A stretch of DNA of 61,749 bases, filler included, from Sphacelaria rigidula (taxonomy: Eukaryota), in NCBI GenBank assembly GCA_964200075.2. It is 11 parts of 11 records of this genome, joined end to end, with 100 filler letters (N's around TTAATTAATTAA, not from the genome) between each part and the next. Parts side by side here need not be neighbours in the genome. Positions count along the whole stretch, not along the records: positions 11,247 to 16,769 come from CAXNAA020026649.1; positions 16,870 to 22,392 come from CAXNAA020026650.1; positions 22,493 to 28,015 come from CAXNAA020026651.1; 8 more parts are not named here. One strand, given 5' to 3'. The number at the start of each line of letters is the position of its first letter. Position 1 is the first letter of the stretch. The position numbers and the translations under genes are program-made. This document shows positions 12,176 to 24,347 of the stretch, in pieces. The notes beneath the pieces were generated by a model. That model was not told the origin of the DNA. It did not search any database and worked only from the letters and a program-made list of their open reading frames with translations.

Positions 12176-12679
12176 CGCCTCACGATACTACAGTGCATAG
12201 GAAGGTGAGGAGGAAAAATAATGACGTCAAAGTTTATCGGAACAAGCCAAACGGAGCATCACAGAACATGACAGAACATTGAAGCACCAGATTATTTTCC
12301 ACCGTTAGTCCCAAGCCAGTCGCGCGGTGATCTACCATACAACACCCCCTGCAGGATAATGGGCGGGTACGAAGTTAGGGTCCAAATCCCCCCCCACCCT
12401 CCCCTTCCATTCCCCCCGGGTCAAGCATACCGAAACACTCACGTACGAAACAATATCCCCAAAAGCACCGCATTCCGGAACAATTCCAACCCCTTCTCTG
12501 CCTCTTGCAAACACTGAACACGGAACACACGGCATCCAGAAAAAATAAAGAAAAAATAAAGAAAAAGAAGAAGAAAAGATAAATAAAGGGGCAAAAAAGG
12601 GACAAAGGAGGAAATAGGGAAAAAATGAAAAAAAAAACACACACACACACAACACTAAAACTAATTAATTCATACATAC

Positions 12680-13462
12680 CTTGCAACTCTACGATCTTGT
12701 ACAATGCGTGAGCATCCGCCTGCTTCAGCATCTCATGCGCACGCCTAAGCTCTCTGCAAATCTCATCGTTATCCTCCATAAACTCCGCCGCCCTACCACC
12801 ACCCGCACCACCGCCGCTATTCCCCCCACCAACCCCCGTATCACCCCCTTCCCGACTGCCATTAGCGCCCGACACAACCGCCCGGGTACCACCGGACGGC
12901 GGCCTCGTGCTGCCAGCCGGAGACGTAATATGCACACGCGACGACGAGGTCGAGTTGGGCAGGGGAGGTGGAGGCGGAGGAGGGGGCGGGGGAGCTCGCT
13001 TCCTAGGTCCCGTAACCGTAATGAGGCGTTTCTTCTTGCGCGGCGCTCGAATTGGATGACATATGCTGTTGGAGGCTCCGCCTGACCACACGGGCGCCGC
13101 GCCCTTGACTGGAGCGGCCTGTGGGAGGCTACTACTGTTACTACTATTATTTTTGCTGCTGTTGTTACTGTTGCTGTGGGACTGATGATGTTGCTCTTGT
13201 TGTCTGTGTGATTGGTGGAGGTAGTGCTGGCCGCCTGCGTCGCTGCTGCTGCTACCGCTACTATGGTTTGGTTTTCTTGTGTTGTTGGTGCTAGTGGTGC
13301 TCGTGGTGCCAGTGGTGGCGGTGCTGCTGAGTGTGGACCGAGCGCACGATGGAGTCGGACTTTTCTCCGAATTTTCTGATCGCCCGCGCGTGCCACGTCC
13401 GCCGCCACCGCTGTTGCCTGACCAGGAAGAGGTGCACCCTTCGGGTTTGTACTTGAATTGAT
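12680..13462 (-). CDS. Internal exon (783 bp, phase 1 to phase 1) of a low-complexity protein ending in a predicted helical segment
   Basis: AACAG acceptor and GTATG donor. Open frame DQFKYKPEG...PPPPPPPPP...EFMEDNDEICRELRRAHEMLKQADAHALYKIVELQ. Confidence 0.7.
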
Positions 13463-13815
13463 CTGTTAACGACGCGACGCAGGAGCCGGGTGACATATAT
13501 AGACGCGGGGAGCGGAGGGAGACGGGACAGTGTTGCGTCAAAACAAAACAAAAATAACAAGAAATCGGAACAGAATCTGACCACTTTTTCCTCGAGTCCG
13601 CCCTGCTGTAGCGCACACCACCAGGTATAGCGACGGGGAATTATCGACCGTGGTTTGCATAACATATGACCGAGGTCTCAGCGCCTTGCAGCGGTTACAG
13701 CGCGCGTAGGGCCGTGCGTCATGAACTGCGCACCTCTACAGACAATACTCCGATCGGTACACTACCAATGACCATGATCCAGAAAGGGTCGCAGTACGGA
13801 CCGGTGTAAGTTTGC

Positions 13816-14592
13816 AAGATTGTTTTCTGTAGGGTACGGGTATGTTCTGAAGGGTATGGGATTCCTTACAGAACCTACTTTTGACAGATCTGGCGTTTGT
13901 TGTTTATTGTTTTTCTTTCTTTCTTTCTTTCTTTCTTTCTCTCCCCGTTGAAGTCGGGGGAGCTACTTCTCACCGGTTTTCGTGACGTCGCTCTTCTTAT
14001 TTTTTTTTTTTTTGATGATGTGTCTGGTAAGGAATAGCAAGGACGGTATTGGAAAGGCGAGCCCATGTCTGTGGCCACGGGTTCGCGAGATCGGACTCAT
14101 GTGCGGAAATAATAAATTATAATAACAGAACCTACAGCAATATCGGGTACAGGTTTGAAAGCCTCACAGAAATTACACGACTTGTCGGGTACGATACGGG
14201 CGGCTTACAGAAAACCGTACCGGTAATCAGGTATTTCTATAAGGACATACCCGCGCTCCGGGTACGGCTATACACTATGCACAGAACTCACACAACTGTC
14301 GGGCAAGGATATGGGAGGCGTACAACACTCACAGAAACTGTCGGGCAGGGTATGAAGGCTGCACAGAAAACCGTACCCGCAACCGGGTATCTCATCAACA
14401 GCATACCCGTGCCCCCGGTAACGGTACGGGAGGCTTACAGAACTCACAGAACTATCGGGTAAGGGTATGAAAGTATCACAGACTTTACAGAACTGTCGGG
14501 TAGCGTTATGAAAGTATCGGGTACGGTGAATACCCGGGAAAATACCCCGGGTTTACAAGGAACCGTACCCTACAACAGAACACAACCTCATA
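13816..14592. mobile_element. Non-autonomous TIR element with internal ACAGAAC/CGGGTA repeats and an apparent 9-bp target duplication
   Basis: Left end AGATTGTTTTCTGTAGGGTACGG is near-inverted to right end CCGTACCCTACAACAGAACACAACCT. TAAGTTTGC at 13807-13815 and 14593-14601. Confidence 0.7.
13879..14124 (+). mobile_element. Nested non-LTR 3'-end insertion with (AAT)n tail and 11-bp target duplication
   Basis: ACAGAACCTAC at 13868-13878 and 14125-14135 flanks a T-rich segment ending CCACGGGTTCG...TCATGTGCGGAAATAATAAATTATAATA. Confidence 0.75.
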
Positions 14593-16337
14593 TAAGTTTG
14601 CTACCACATCGGCCGCCCAGCCGCTCAAGATGTCGAAGTTAGTAGACCCGTGCGTGCATATGTGCAGTCACCTCCACAAGTCTGTACTACGGGATGGCCG
14701 CTTTGAGGGCGCATCGACGGCATTCTCCGAAATTGCTTGTGGTCATGTTAGTAATTTGTGCGGGGCGCTATCCATCGTGCGGGTGCTTGGCGCATATGTC
14801 GCCTGTGTTTTGTCCGACTCGTGCGCAAAGTTTCATGAGGGGACGCGAGTCGCAGGCAAGAAATCCACGACAAAAAGTTGCTCTGAAAATTAGGAGTTTA
14901 CTTCAGGAAAGTATCCGGATGAACATGAGATTCGGTTACGCCCTGGTTACGCCTCACATCAGATGCGGTTACGCAGTATCACGGTACTGTCAAATGCAGT
15001 ACAGACAGTGCATTGCATCAGCAATTATACTGCACTTTATACTAGTCGAGACGGAGTTTTCACATCTAAAAGCCACCAGCTGCGCCGCCTGGCATGCAAG
15101 CAAACGATCATGCCGTTCCCATTTGTGCCGGAAGCAATTGAGATGCTTCTTTTTCAGGCGGATCGCACACTCCATACACTACACCCTAGGCGTGGTGACG
15201 GGCGGTAACGCGAACCGTGGCCGCCAACATTCGGCGTACCATGGGGCCCGCAAGGCACCCGTACCGAGTAAACACCCTGCACACCACCGAGCGCGGGAGA
15301 TAATCCCGTTCTCAGCCTACAATTTGGGCCGACTATCCAGCCTTGAACATGACCTTTCAGATATGCCGCGTGTTGGGCCGTAGGTCCTTCCCAAGTGCCT
15401 CCTGGCTCGTGTGGATTGTGGGGATACTCTCGGCTGAAAATTTTTACAATGACTCTTGTACGCGAAAATGTGCATACATTTTATTTTTACTTTTCTTCTG
15501 ACGCAACACTGGGAGGGGTTGAACACAGGGCGTATCATACAATAGCGCGGTCAAAATCACAGACCTCAAGTCTGACTCGCCACGAGCTGGACCAGCCTAA
15601 AATACGTGCATACCTCGGGCACACACTACCACAGGTTCTTCAGTTTCCCGGATCGGCCCGGTATAATGCCGAAGCACGGGACTCATGCACACACCAAAAC
15701 AAATTAGATCAGATCAGATCAAATGTACCGGTGTTGGAGTGTCCTTTCCTCTTCTTCTCGTGTGTCAGAGAGAGAGAGAGGAAGAGAGAGAGAAATGAGT
15801 GTGAGCAACTGCATTCTTTTGTATGCTTCTTTCTTCATTTTCAGCTTCATAACTTTGCTCTCTCTTGCCATTCCCCTTTTTTCGAGCTTCCTTTAGCTTC
15901 AGCTCTGTCTTGGTTACACCTTTACCTCGTGACCAGCGGCCAGATTCCTCGGGGATCACTCCATGTGTGACGATCTACAATTAATCAATGGACGCATCAC
16001 ACCTTGCAGAATGCATCCAGCAAAAAATATCCAGCGTACAGTATCGACTATCTTCCTGCATATTGCAATCATAGACAACAGATTCGATACTGTACACAGT
16101 ACATTTTTTGGGTGTACAATCAATCCATCTATCAAACATGAGTCGACCAAAAGCTGATCTGGATTAATCTATTGGCCTGCGCTGTTCTTTCGATTCTCTC
16201 AATTCTGCACCAGGAAGGTGGCTCCTGACTGCCCACTTCGTGTTGACTCACCAGGAGCGCCGAATATATACCTCCGTGAGTTTGTCCGGGAACGGAACGG
16301 AATAATCCAACCACGGCACAACATGTGGGGATAGTTT

Positions 16338-16474
16338 ATACCCTGGACAAGGGAACACATCATTGAAAAGTGTACAACGTACAGTATCGACTATTGCGTC
16401 TATTGCAATATACGACAGATGCCATACTGTACGCAGTACACTTTTTCACAATGTAGTCTAGTGGCCAGGGCGTG
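16338..16474. mobile_element. Short palindromic MITE family with CACACCCTGGA...TCCAGGGTGTG-type ends
   Basis: Related copies at ~15995-16118, 29087-29224, 49178-49337, 50048-50157 and 61284-61407 share the ends and parts of an internal GTACAGTAT/TATTGCAATAG motif. Confidence 0.7.
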
Positions 16475-16956
16475 GGATAGTTACACCGTGGTATCAACAC
16501 CTGCATAGGAGAAACCCAAAACTCGAAAAGTGATGATGAAAAGAAAAGAAATAATTACATGTGTCCAAAGGCGTGAGGAATCATTATAACAGAAGACACG
16601 GGGATATGGGATACGCTGCGCATGATATTGCGTTATTCTCCATCACATCTTACCTGCGCGTGGCCCGCGAGCTCGCAGCTGCCGTCGTTGCGTCACGATG
16701 GCTTCAGAGGAGGCATTTTCCACTTGTCCCCAAGTGCCCTGTTCCAGCGGAAAAGATGCACGTGGGGGGNNNNNNNNNNNNNNNNNNNNNNNNNNNNNNN
16801 NNNNNNNNNNNNNTTAATTAATTAANNNNNNNNNNNNNNNNNNNNNNNNNNNNNNNNNNNNNNNNNNNNGGGTTGCTTTATTTTCTGGTATCGCCACTTC
16901 CATAGACAGCCACGGCTTGTACACTGCCTCATGGGTGCGGTGGGGGGAGGGGGGGG

Positions 16957-17020
16957 GATATCATTTATTGCTTGCCTTAGTCGTTTGAACATTGACCACG
17001 CATCCCTTTCGAGACGAAGC
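16957..17020 (-). repeat. Conserved ~64-bp G-run-bounded repeat (module A)
   Basis: Copies at 44826-44884, 50440-50506, 55987-56050, 56848-56911 and 56942-57005. Consensus GCTCCGTCTCGAAAGGGATGCGTGGTCAATGGTCAAACGACTAAGGCAAGCAACAAATGAGTAC. Confidence 0.9.
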
Positions 17021-17568
17021 ACCGTTCCTACTAATGGAGACACCTCCAACATTCTGGCGCTCATTACGTCTCTTCCATACATTTCACAAAAACATTTTAC
17101 ACATATTATTCCCGACCTGTTTCGCCGCCCGTGGCCACCATCTATCTCCTAGTGCAACAACCGTTTTCTCTCTGCAGTCTAATGCATCAAACGATTCGTT
17201 CACATTTGGGCGGGGGGGGGGGGGGGGGGGAAAAAAAGGGGGGTTTTTTTTTGGGGGCGGCGCCGACGGTCGTGTGGTTACTATTTGAAAACCCACACAN
17301 NNNNNNNNNGCCGTCTGCGCCGCGCGCCGGACGCGCTGGGGGGGGCGGGCTGTTCCGCGGGGGTGGGGGGGGGGGGGGGGGGGGGGGGGAGAAAACGAGG
17401 CGCTTATTTTTCAGAAGGCCGCCGTCATTTTCATGAGTCTACTATGAATACCGCAAACACCGAAGACGAACGATGCTGAACTTTCATTATGAGCACTTTT
17501 GACATTCGTGTACATCCCGACAAAAAACCAATGAGGGTACGTGTGAACGCGGAAGGGTGTGTACTCAC

Positions 17569-20424
17569 TTGAGCTCTGCAAACGGTGCCACGTCGGTCTT
17601 GTTGGCGATGACTAGCAGCTGCTTGTTCGCGAAGAGAGGCTTGATGCTCTCGAACAACGACACCTGTTGTTCGTTGAAAAGTCAAATGACTTCGTATTGC
17701 TAGTTGGCATGTTACAGTAATGCCGTATAGTATTACAATGTTTCCATGTTACAGTGCTGCCATATCACCATGTTGTCATGTTACCACGACAACGCCTGAC
17801 CTGCTCCTTGATGGTGTAGCCGCACTGCTCTGAAATGTCGATGAAGTAGAGCACGCAGCACTGGAGGTGCGCCAAGGCCGTGACCGCCTGCATCTCGATC
17901 GTATTTCGCTCCTCCAGGGGATGATCAAGGATACCGGGGGTATCCACCACCTGAAGGACGGAGGCGGAATTAGGAGACCCGTAAGCTCTCACATCACCAT
18001 CACCCATGACCAAACGTAGCTTCTCTTGAAACTTCACATAGACCCCGTAATCACTACTCGCGGTCGAAAGAGGAACATGCATCCTCCTAGTCAGACCCAC
18101 GGAGGAACCATGAAAGCTTCCCAGCGAAACATGATATCTTCCGTTTGTGTGTGCGTGTGTGCGTGTGTGCGTGTGTGCGTGTGGGGGGGGGGGATATCTC
18201 ACTGCGGCAACGAGTTGCTAATAGTAACGCCCTCGCGCTGAAAGAAATGCGCCATCGTCAACACATTAAATCGGATGGGAAAACAACATGGGATCGCTAA
18301 ATCAGGAGAAAGTAGTGCTACACAAATCTACAATATACATTAACAACAAAGATAAAAGTTGAGTCACAAAAATAATATTTGACGAAAAAAATAACAAGAT
18401 TTGAAAGAAAATAAAAAATTGACAGAGGCAGGTGCTCGCAGGAAAATAGACAGAGAAGGCAGGACATACTAAAGTGAATGAAGGAGAGATAGATCAAGAT
18501 GGAGAACAAAGGAGTACCTGAGAACGATGGTCATTTTTGGGATATGACTGATACATGAGTAGTAATATAGTGTACCCACCTGCCAGCGAAGGTATCGGTA
18601 ATCCATGTGTCCCACGTACAGGCTCTTCGTGGTGAAGGCGTAAGGCTGAACATCCACCTCCGCTCGCGTCACCTGCATTCGGTAAAACCCAGTACAGTGC
18701 CCCATAACATTTCATCACCACCACACCACATGACAGTTGACGTATTTCGACTCCTCTGGAATGTACAACCCTCCCCCATCCCCTTTGCCGGGTAGACCCC
18801 CAATGGGGTTGGCGTCGGTTGGCGATGGCGCTATAAAACACGCCACTCACTGCGTATGTTAGGCAACCAGGATACCGATTTTTTGCGCGCTTAATTTTTG
18901 TTTTGCGGTAACCATGATGGTAGTCGAGCTAGATCATGTTGTGCGGCGTGGGAGAACCTCAACTCCGCGCGTTGAGGATGATCGTACTACGTAGTGTTCA
19001 AATGGTGAGACACACACGTGGCAGCGTCTAAGTCGTGGCTGTCTATGGAAGTGACGACGCTAGAATATAAAGCAACTCATTGGAGGCTGTCATCCAAATG
19101 CAAGCGCATCAGTGCGCTTCGGGCCGAACAATCTTAGCAGGATGCAGCTCACCCTTCTTGCGACTCGCCGGACAAATCACGGCGCTTCGCGCTTGGTGAT
19201 TGAGTGCGAGCCTAGTCCGGTGGAAACCCGGCGTGCTCCGTCCCGGCTTTGTGGGGATGGGAGGTCAATGGCCTTATGACTATGGCATGCATGATCATGT
19301 CCATCCCCTCAAGTTCTGCTCACGCATCGATTGTAAAATGGTTGACATGACGTTCTCGGAAACCTATGATTTAAAACTAACGCTAACGCTATGATTTAAA
19401 CTAACGCTAAGGCTAACGCTAACACCGACCTGAGGCATACGAGAGCTGTCGGGAAAAGGGAAAAGCAAAATTTGCTTCAAGCAAAGTGTGCGTTGGCAGA
19501 CCTCATTTCGGCGGCGCCGATTTGGAAAAGAACACGTTGTGGGCGAGTTACTAGCACTCAGCTCTGTCACCACTCTTAAGATCCAAATATCGATCTTCTC
19601 TAAGATCAAATGATGTACCATTCTTACGACCAACGCGTGTGCTCTACCGCCCCCCCTACGCAGGACGAGCTCGTCACCTCGAGAAATCAATCAATATTTT
19701 GTCCCTCTCTCCATTCCTGAGTACTTTGTTCTGCACTTCAGTACCGATCACCAACATGGACTAGAATTGTCATCCCTCCTTCTTGCCACCTCTCGTTTTC
19801 ACAGCGTCATAACCCAGCACAGATAGACCATTATGTTCAGGGTCGGATGGACAACACATTGCCCTCAAAATTACTTGCTTCGAGTGTAACTGATGCGTAC
19901 CGTACACATACGTTCTTGGGCTTTCTTTGCACCATTGAACCCCGAGACATGACCCCCCCCAGGCACATGAAGTGGTACACAATTTGCGCAGGAACGTTTT
20001 CGACAAGCTGTCAAATATATCTTGTTGTTCGGGCAATCAGGCCTCCAAATCGTAGATTTAGTGATTCGAGACAGCGATGATCCGTTCGACCGTTGGTGAG
20101 CACTGTCGTGTAGCATGCAAGTGCGCCGACGTGGTGCTTCGCCATTATTTTGTCGCCCGAGACAAGCGGATAAGCCGGTGTGTGTTGTGTTGTCGTCCCT
20201 TCTATTCTAGACGCCGGTCTACGCATTTCGTAAATATGTGGGCGCACCAGCCGGGATCACACAAGAGGAAGGCCAGCACAAAAGGTTTCCTCTTTTATTT
20301 TTCATGTCTAGTTCTCGACCTCCTTTCTGCAGTGCTTGCCTTTGTTTTTCATCGCGAGAGGGGTGCAGCAGTCCCTTTCCCTCGTAGACCATCAACCTTT
20401 TGGAACCCACTGCCAGGAATTGAC

Positions 20425-20455
<31 letters not shown>

Positions 20456-22004
20456 CACGCGCGCGCAATTCGGCATCATTTTCAGTCATTTTCAAGTTCA
20501 AATGATTCCGATTCACAAGAATAAAACTCGTCAATTCCTTAGAGTAGGTTCCCTCAGGGTCAAGTAGAACTTTGTGTACCCACGACATAGTCACTCTCCA
20601 CTGTTGGACACTGTGAGAGAAAAATCCCAGATCGCTCCGAGATTCGGACCCACGACCCAACCGTCCGGAGGTTTCGAGTTGAACAACCGAGCCACCGGGG
20701 CAAACGGTACTGTATCCTCACCGTTCCTGTACCCTTCCCGTCAACAGCACTCCACACAAAACCATCAACGGCTGGTACCATAAGAACGGGGAAGCTTTCC
20801 TTGCAGTACTCATACCTTGTTCATGAAGCTCGACTTTCCCACATTGGGGAAGCCGGTGAGCAGCAAGGTTCTCGTGTTGGGGTCCAGGGCGGGGAGACGG
20901 GCCAGATGGCGCCGAACCTACCAAAAACAAGATAACAAGACAAAAAAAAAGTGAAAAGACGCGAATCGCTTGCAGGTCTTACGGAGGGGTTCCTCGTGGG
21001 ATTTTCAATGGGAGCAGGGGTATCGTCGAGGGAAACGATTTCGAAGCTAAGTAATGCCCCTGAGTGCGACCATCACGGTTGTCACCACCTGGCGGATTAC
21101 GGGGATGAGCGCGCAGCTCATTCAAGCGTCCAACAAAGGACAATCAACAAGCTGAAAACAAAACCCACGGAATTCACGGCGGAATTTATTGCAAACCGGA
21201 GAATGACACATGGACGAGGATAATTACGCGAACAGCAAATAGCTAAACAACTTGTAAAGCCACACGATAACAAAAAACGAAACAAAATTCAAACATTTTT
21301 TTTTCAGGACCCTTACGATAAACCCTTGAACTTCTTCTGCATCGAGGCGGCAAATGTATGTACAGAGAGCGAAGATACCCACGCTTGCTGTGCATGCGTG
21401 CCATGATCCACACGGGACATGTCGACAAGGTATGTCATACTGCAATACATCCAGGCAAAAACAAACAACGGCAGGCCTATTTTTTGCAATGGTGAACTCA
21501 TGTTACAATAGAACAGTGGAAGAAAAAAATGACTGCTACTTTTGCTAAAAGGTAACATGGAGTGCTGTACACATGAGCCCACTTAGAGTACGGTATATGT
21601 TCCCGTTCCTGTGCAGTCATTTTCCACGTTGGACAGAAACATCCGTTGCCTCGTACTCGCTATTGTCTTTCCGGACCGTGAACAAAGTTTTCACGAAAGC
21701 GCTTGTGGAAGGTGAAGACCTTCGTAGCGCACCCGACAATTTCTGCAATTCATTAGAGAAACCTCATACCCTACCTATTAATAACACAACCTTGCAAAAT
21801 TCGCTCGTAGTTGTATCATAGGGCTGTACTGCGCAATAACAAACTTACAATAAAAAACAAACATAAATGTAAACATTTACGGTACTGTACTGCATGCACA
21901 CACCTCTTCGAGATAGGACAAGGATGCCTTTTGCCTCTTGAGAAGGGTGCACATGCGTCCCAGCGCCGCCCGCTTGAGCTGCTTGCATCGGTACAAAGAA
22001 TCAC
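17569..22004 (-). CDS. NOG1: Nucleolar GTP-binding protein 1, partial: exons 21904-22004, 20816-20917, 18580-18672, 17801-17950, 17569-17663
   Basis: GT-AG exons splice in frame to [127 protein letters not shown]...[24 protein letters not shown] (G1, G2, G3 and G4 motifs). Confidence 0.97.
20177..20708 (-). mobile_element. tRNA-derived SINE (family 1) in a NOG1 intron
   Basis: A/B-box-like head at the right end. Body homologous to 49665-50005 in the opposite orientation. Carries an extra (TG)n-containing segment. Confidence 0.75.
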
Positions 22005-24347
22005 CTGGTCATCACCGACGCGCGCACACACATGGAGACACTCAGAAAATCCCGCATGTTTAACAACAGCTCATGATCCACCTGAACATTACTTATCAAT
22101 GTACCCATCCGCATTATGAGCTATAATATCTCATTCGACCCCCTTTTTTCCATACATTCTCCTTACAGCGCTTGAGGACGAGCGTGCCGAGTATCGCAAA
22201 GGTGCAGTAGCGCATCTGCTTCTCCGATCTCGCCGTCGCGAATGCTGTGTTCTCAAACGACGGATCTGATAGTCATCTTCCATTAATTATTTCAGTTAGC
22301 TCATGAGCTGTACCACGTGTCAAAAATTCACGGTTAGGACAAATAATCACGACTCAAAAATCACCAAATTCACGATTTCTTCGGCCTTATTGNNNNNNNN
22401 NNNNNNNNNNNNNNNNNNNNNNNNNNNNNNNNNNNNTTAATTAATTAANNNNNNNNNNNNNNNNNNNNNNNNNNNNNNNNNNNNNNNNNNNNCCTTTTTT
22501 TTTGCGGGGGTACGCGCCCCCGGGGGGGTTAACCTTTTGGGCCAAGGGGGGGGGGGGGGGGGGGGGGCTTCTCGTCTACTATTTGAGTATGCGTTTACCC
22601 TAATCCTGACCCTAACCTTTCTTGTTCACTCTACATGCTGTGCGATTGTGTTGACTCGTGATGCCCCTGCACGTTTTTCAGCTGTGCCGATCACGAGTCA
22701 ACACGTACATTGGGTAGAAACACCTATAGAACCTGTGTGACTGACCTTCTCTTTTTGGATGTCCCTGTGAGTGTCTCCCTTGCTGTGGTTAGGTCCCGCC
22801 ATGCTAGAATCCTAGAGTAGCACAACTTGTATATGGCACCCCTCCTGCCGGCTGGGTGGCAGCCGTTCCCCGACTGTCGTATCAACTTCGGAAGCGAAAA
22901 ATAGCAAGCTGAACCGAAGGAATCAGCATGCAGCACACGGAGCCAATGGGGACAAGGGAGGAACACATTCAGACAAAAGGGGGGCGTGGCGTTTGCAGGA
23001 GGGTATCGTTTGCACCTGGTGAGTGTGATCCCAACAAACTGCAAAACACGGCCAGAGGTGTGTATCCATATACTGCAGCCTGTTGGCTGTTGGAGACCTT
23101 CCACTACAAGTTCCACGGTCGTGAGGGATACGACACAACAGTGACTACAATCGGGTAAAGACCGTACAGTAGGTGGCGTTCGTGACACGGGGCGTCATTC
23201 TCAACTGTTGTTGCTGTTCTATACTGTACTGTACTGTACTCCACAGTGCGCTCTGTCTTGTCCTGTTCGGTTGCGATTGTTCTCCCCCTTGACAGGCGGT
23301 GAGTACTTCGCGAACACATCCCGTTCTTCACAATCCGAAACTAACGACGTGCAGTATGCACGGCCAGCTGTTTCGTGCCTCATGAGATAACCGTATCCAT
23401 ATCGCCGACAGTCGGGGTCAACTCAACCTCGGGCCTCTGAGGAATCCAATTCAAGCGTGTCAGCCGAAGACAAGCCCGCACGGTGGATGGACACACAGGT
23501 TCGAACTTTGGTATTCAACGTGCTGTACTGCACATACATCATGTTGCGTGGGGCACAAGTATTACAAAGTATTAACCTGCGAGGAGATAGGGAAGGCTCA
23601 TTTGGCAGTAGATTGGGTTTGCCACCACAGACGTCAACTTCAGGCACTAGACTGTTGTGTTGTACCGTACGAACCGAGACAGTCCAAACTGAACATACCG
23701 TCAGTAGAGAGGAGGCTCTTGGTCGAATATGGCGGCGACAACACACATCATCGGTCAGGCACAGGTCGTAGGTTTCAAACTGTCTGAACGTGGGCTTCAC
23801 ACCCTCGCAACGAGCATCCCAGATCACAGCTGGATCTACGTGCACGAGTATATGGCCAAGTCCAATGTTCAGTACGGGCGGGGGTGCTCACTTTGTTTTG
23901 TCGCGCCTTCGGGCTGCTACAATCCAGGCCAGTCCGTGTGGGATGGTTATGTACCGTACACCTTACACTCAGGCGGGCGACACAGATAGCCGCAAAACTT
24001 TCAAATCTTGTTTAGTGATCAAACGAAGTCGGCCAGATATCAGCAGACATTCCCAGGAACCATAAGCCTACACATGCAGTCACAGAAGAAATTGCTACAA
24101 CTTACCTGGTCTGTAGGGAAAGGTTGCTGTCTTGGATCTGCGGAGTGCTACAAGCTGTCGATCAGCTGCCCGCGCTCCTCTTCTCTTTTTTTTTAATGAT
24201 CAACCGGTATGTCATAATCCAGACAATGATATATCTCGCTGCTTTTCAGCTCATCGCTGCATTGTTACTATCCCAGCAATAGGCTGCCGCCATTCACGGT
24301 GCTAGCGCTTGGCTTCTATCATATGTTTGTTAGAAGAAGGAGAAATC

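Noticed and set aside
13690..13740. RanBP2-type zinc finger (RCNRCKALRP) on the minus strand
   Set aside because: The first Cys pair and Trp are missing, and there is no consistent splice to the 13462 exon.
20616..20708. Functional tRNA gene
   Set aside because: No complete cloverleaf, and it is fused to a multicopy body, so it is a SINE head.
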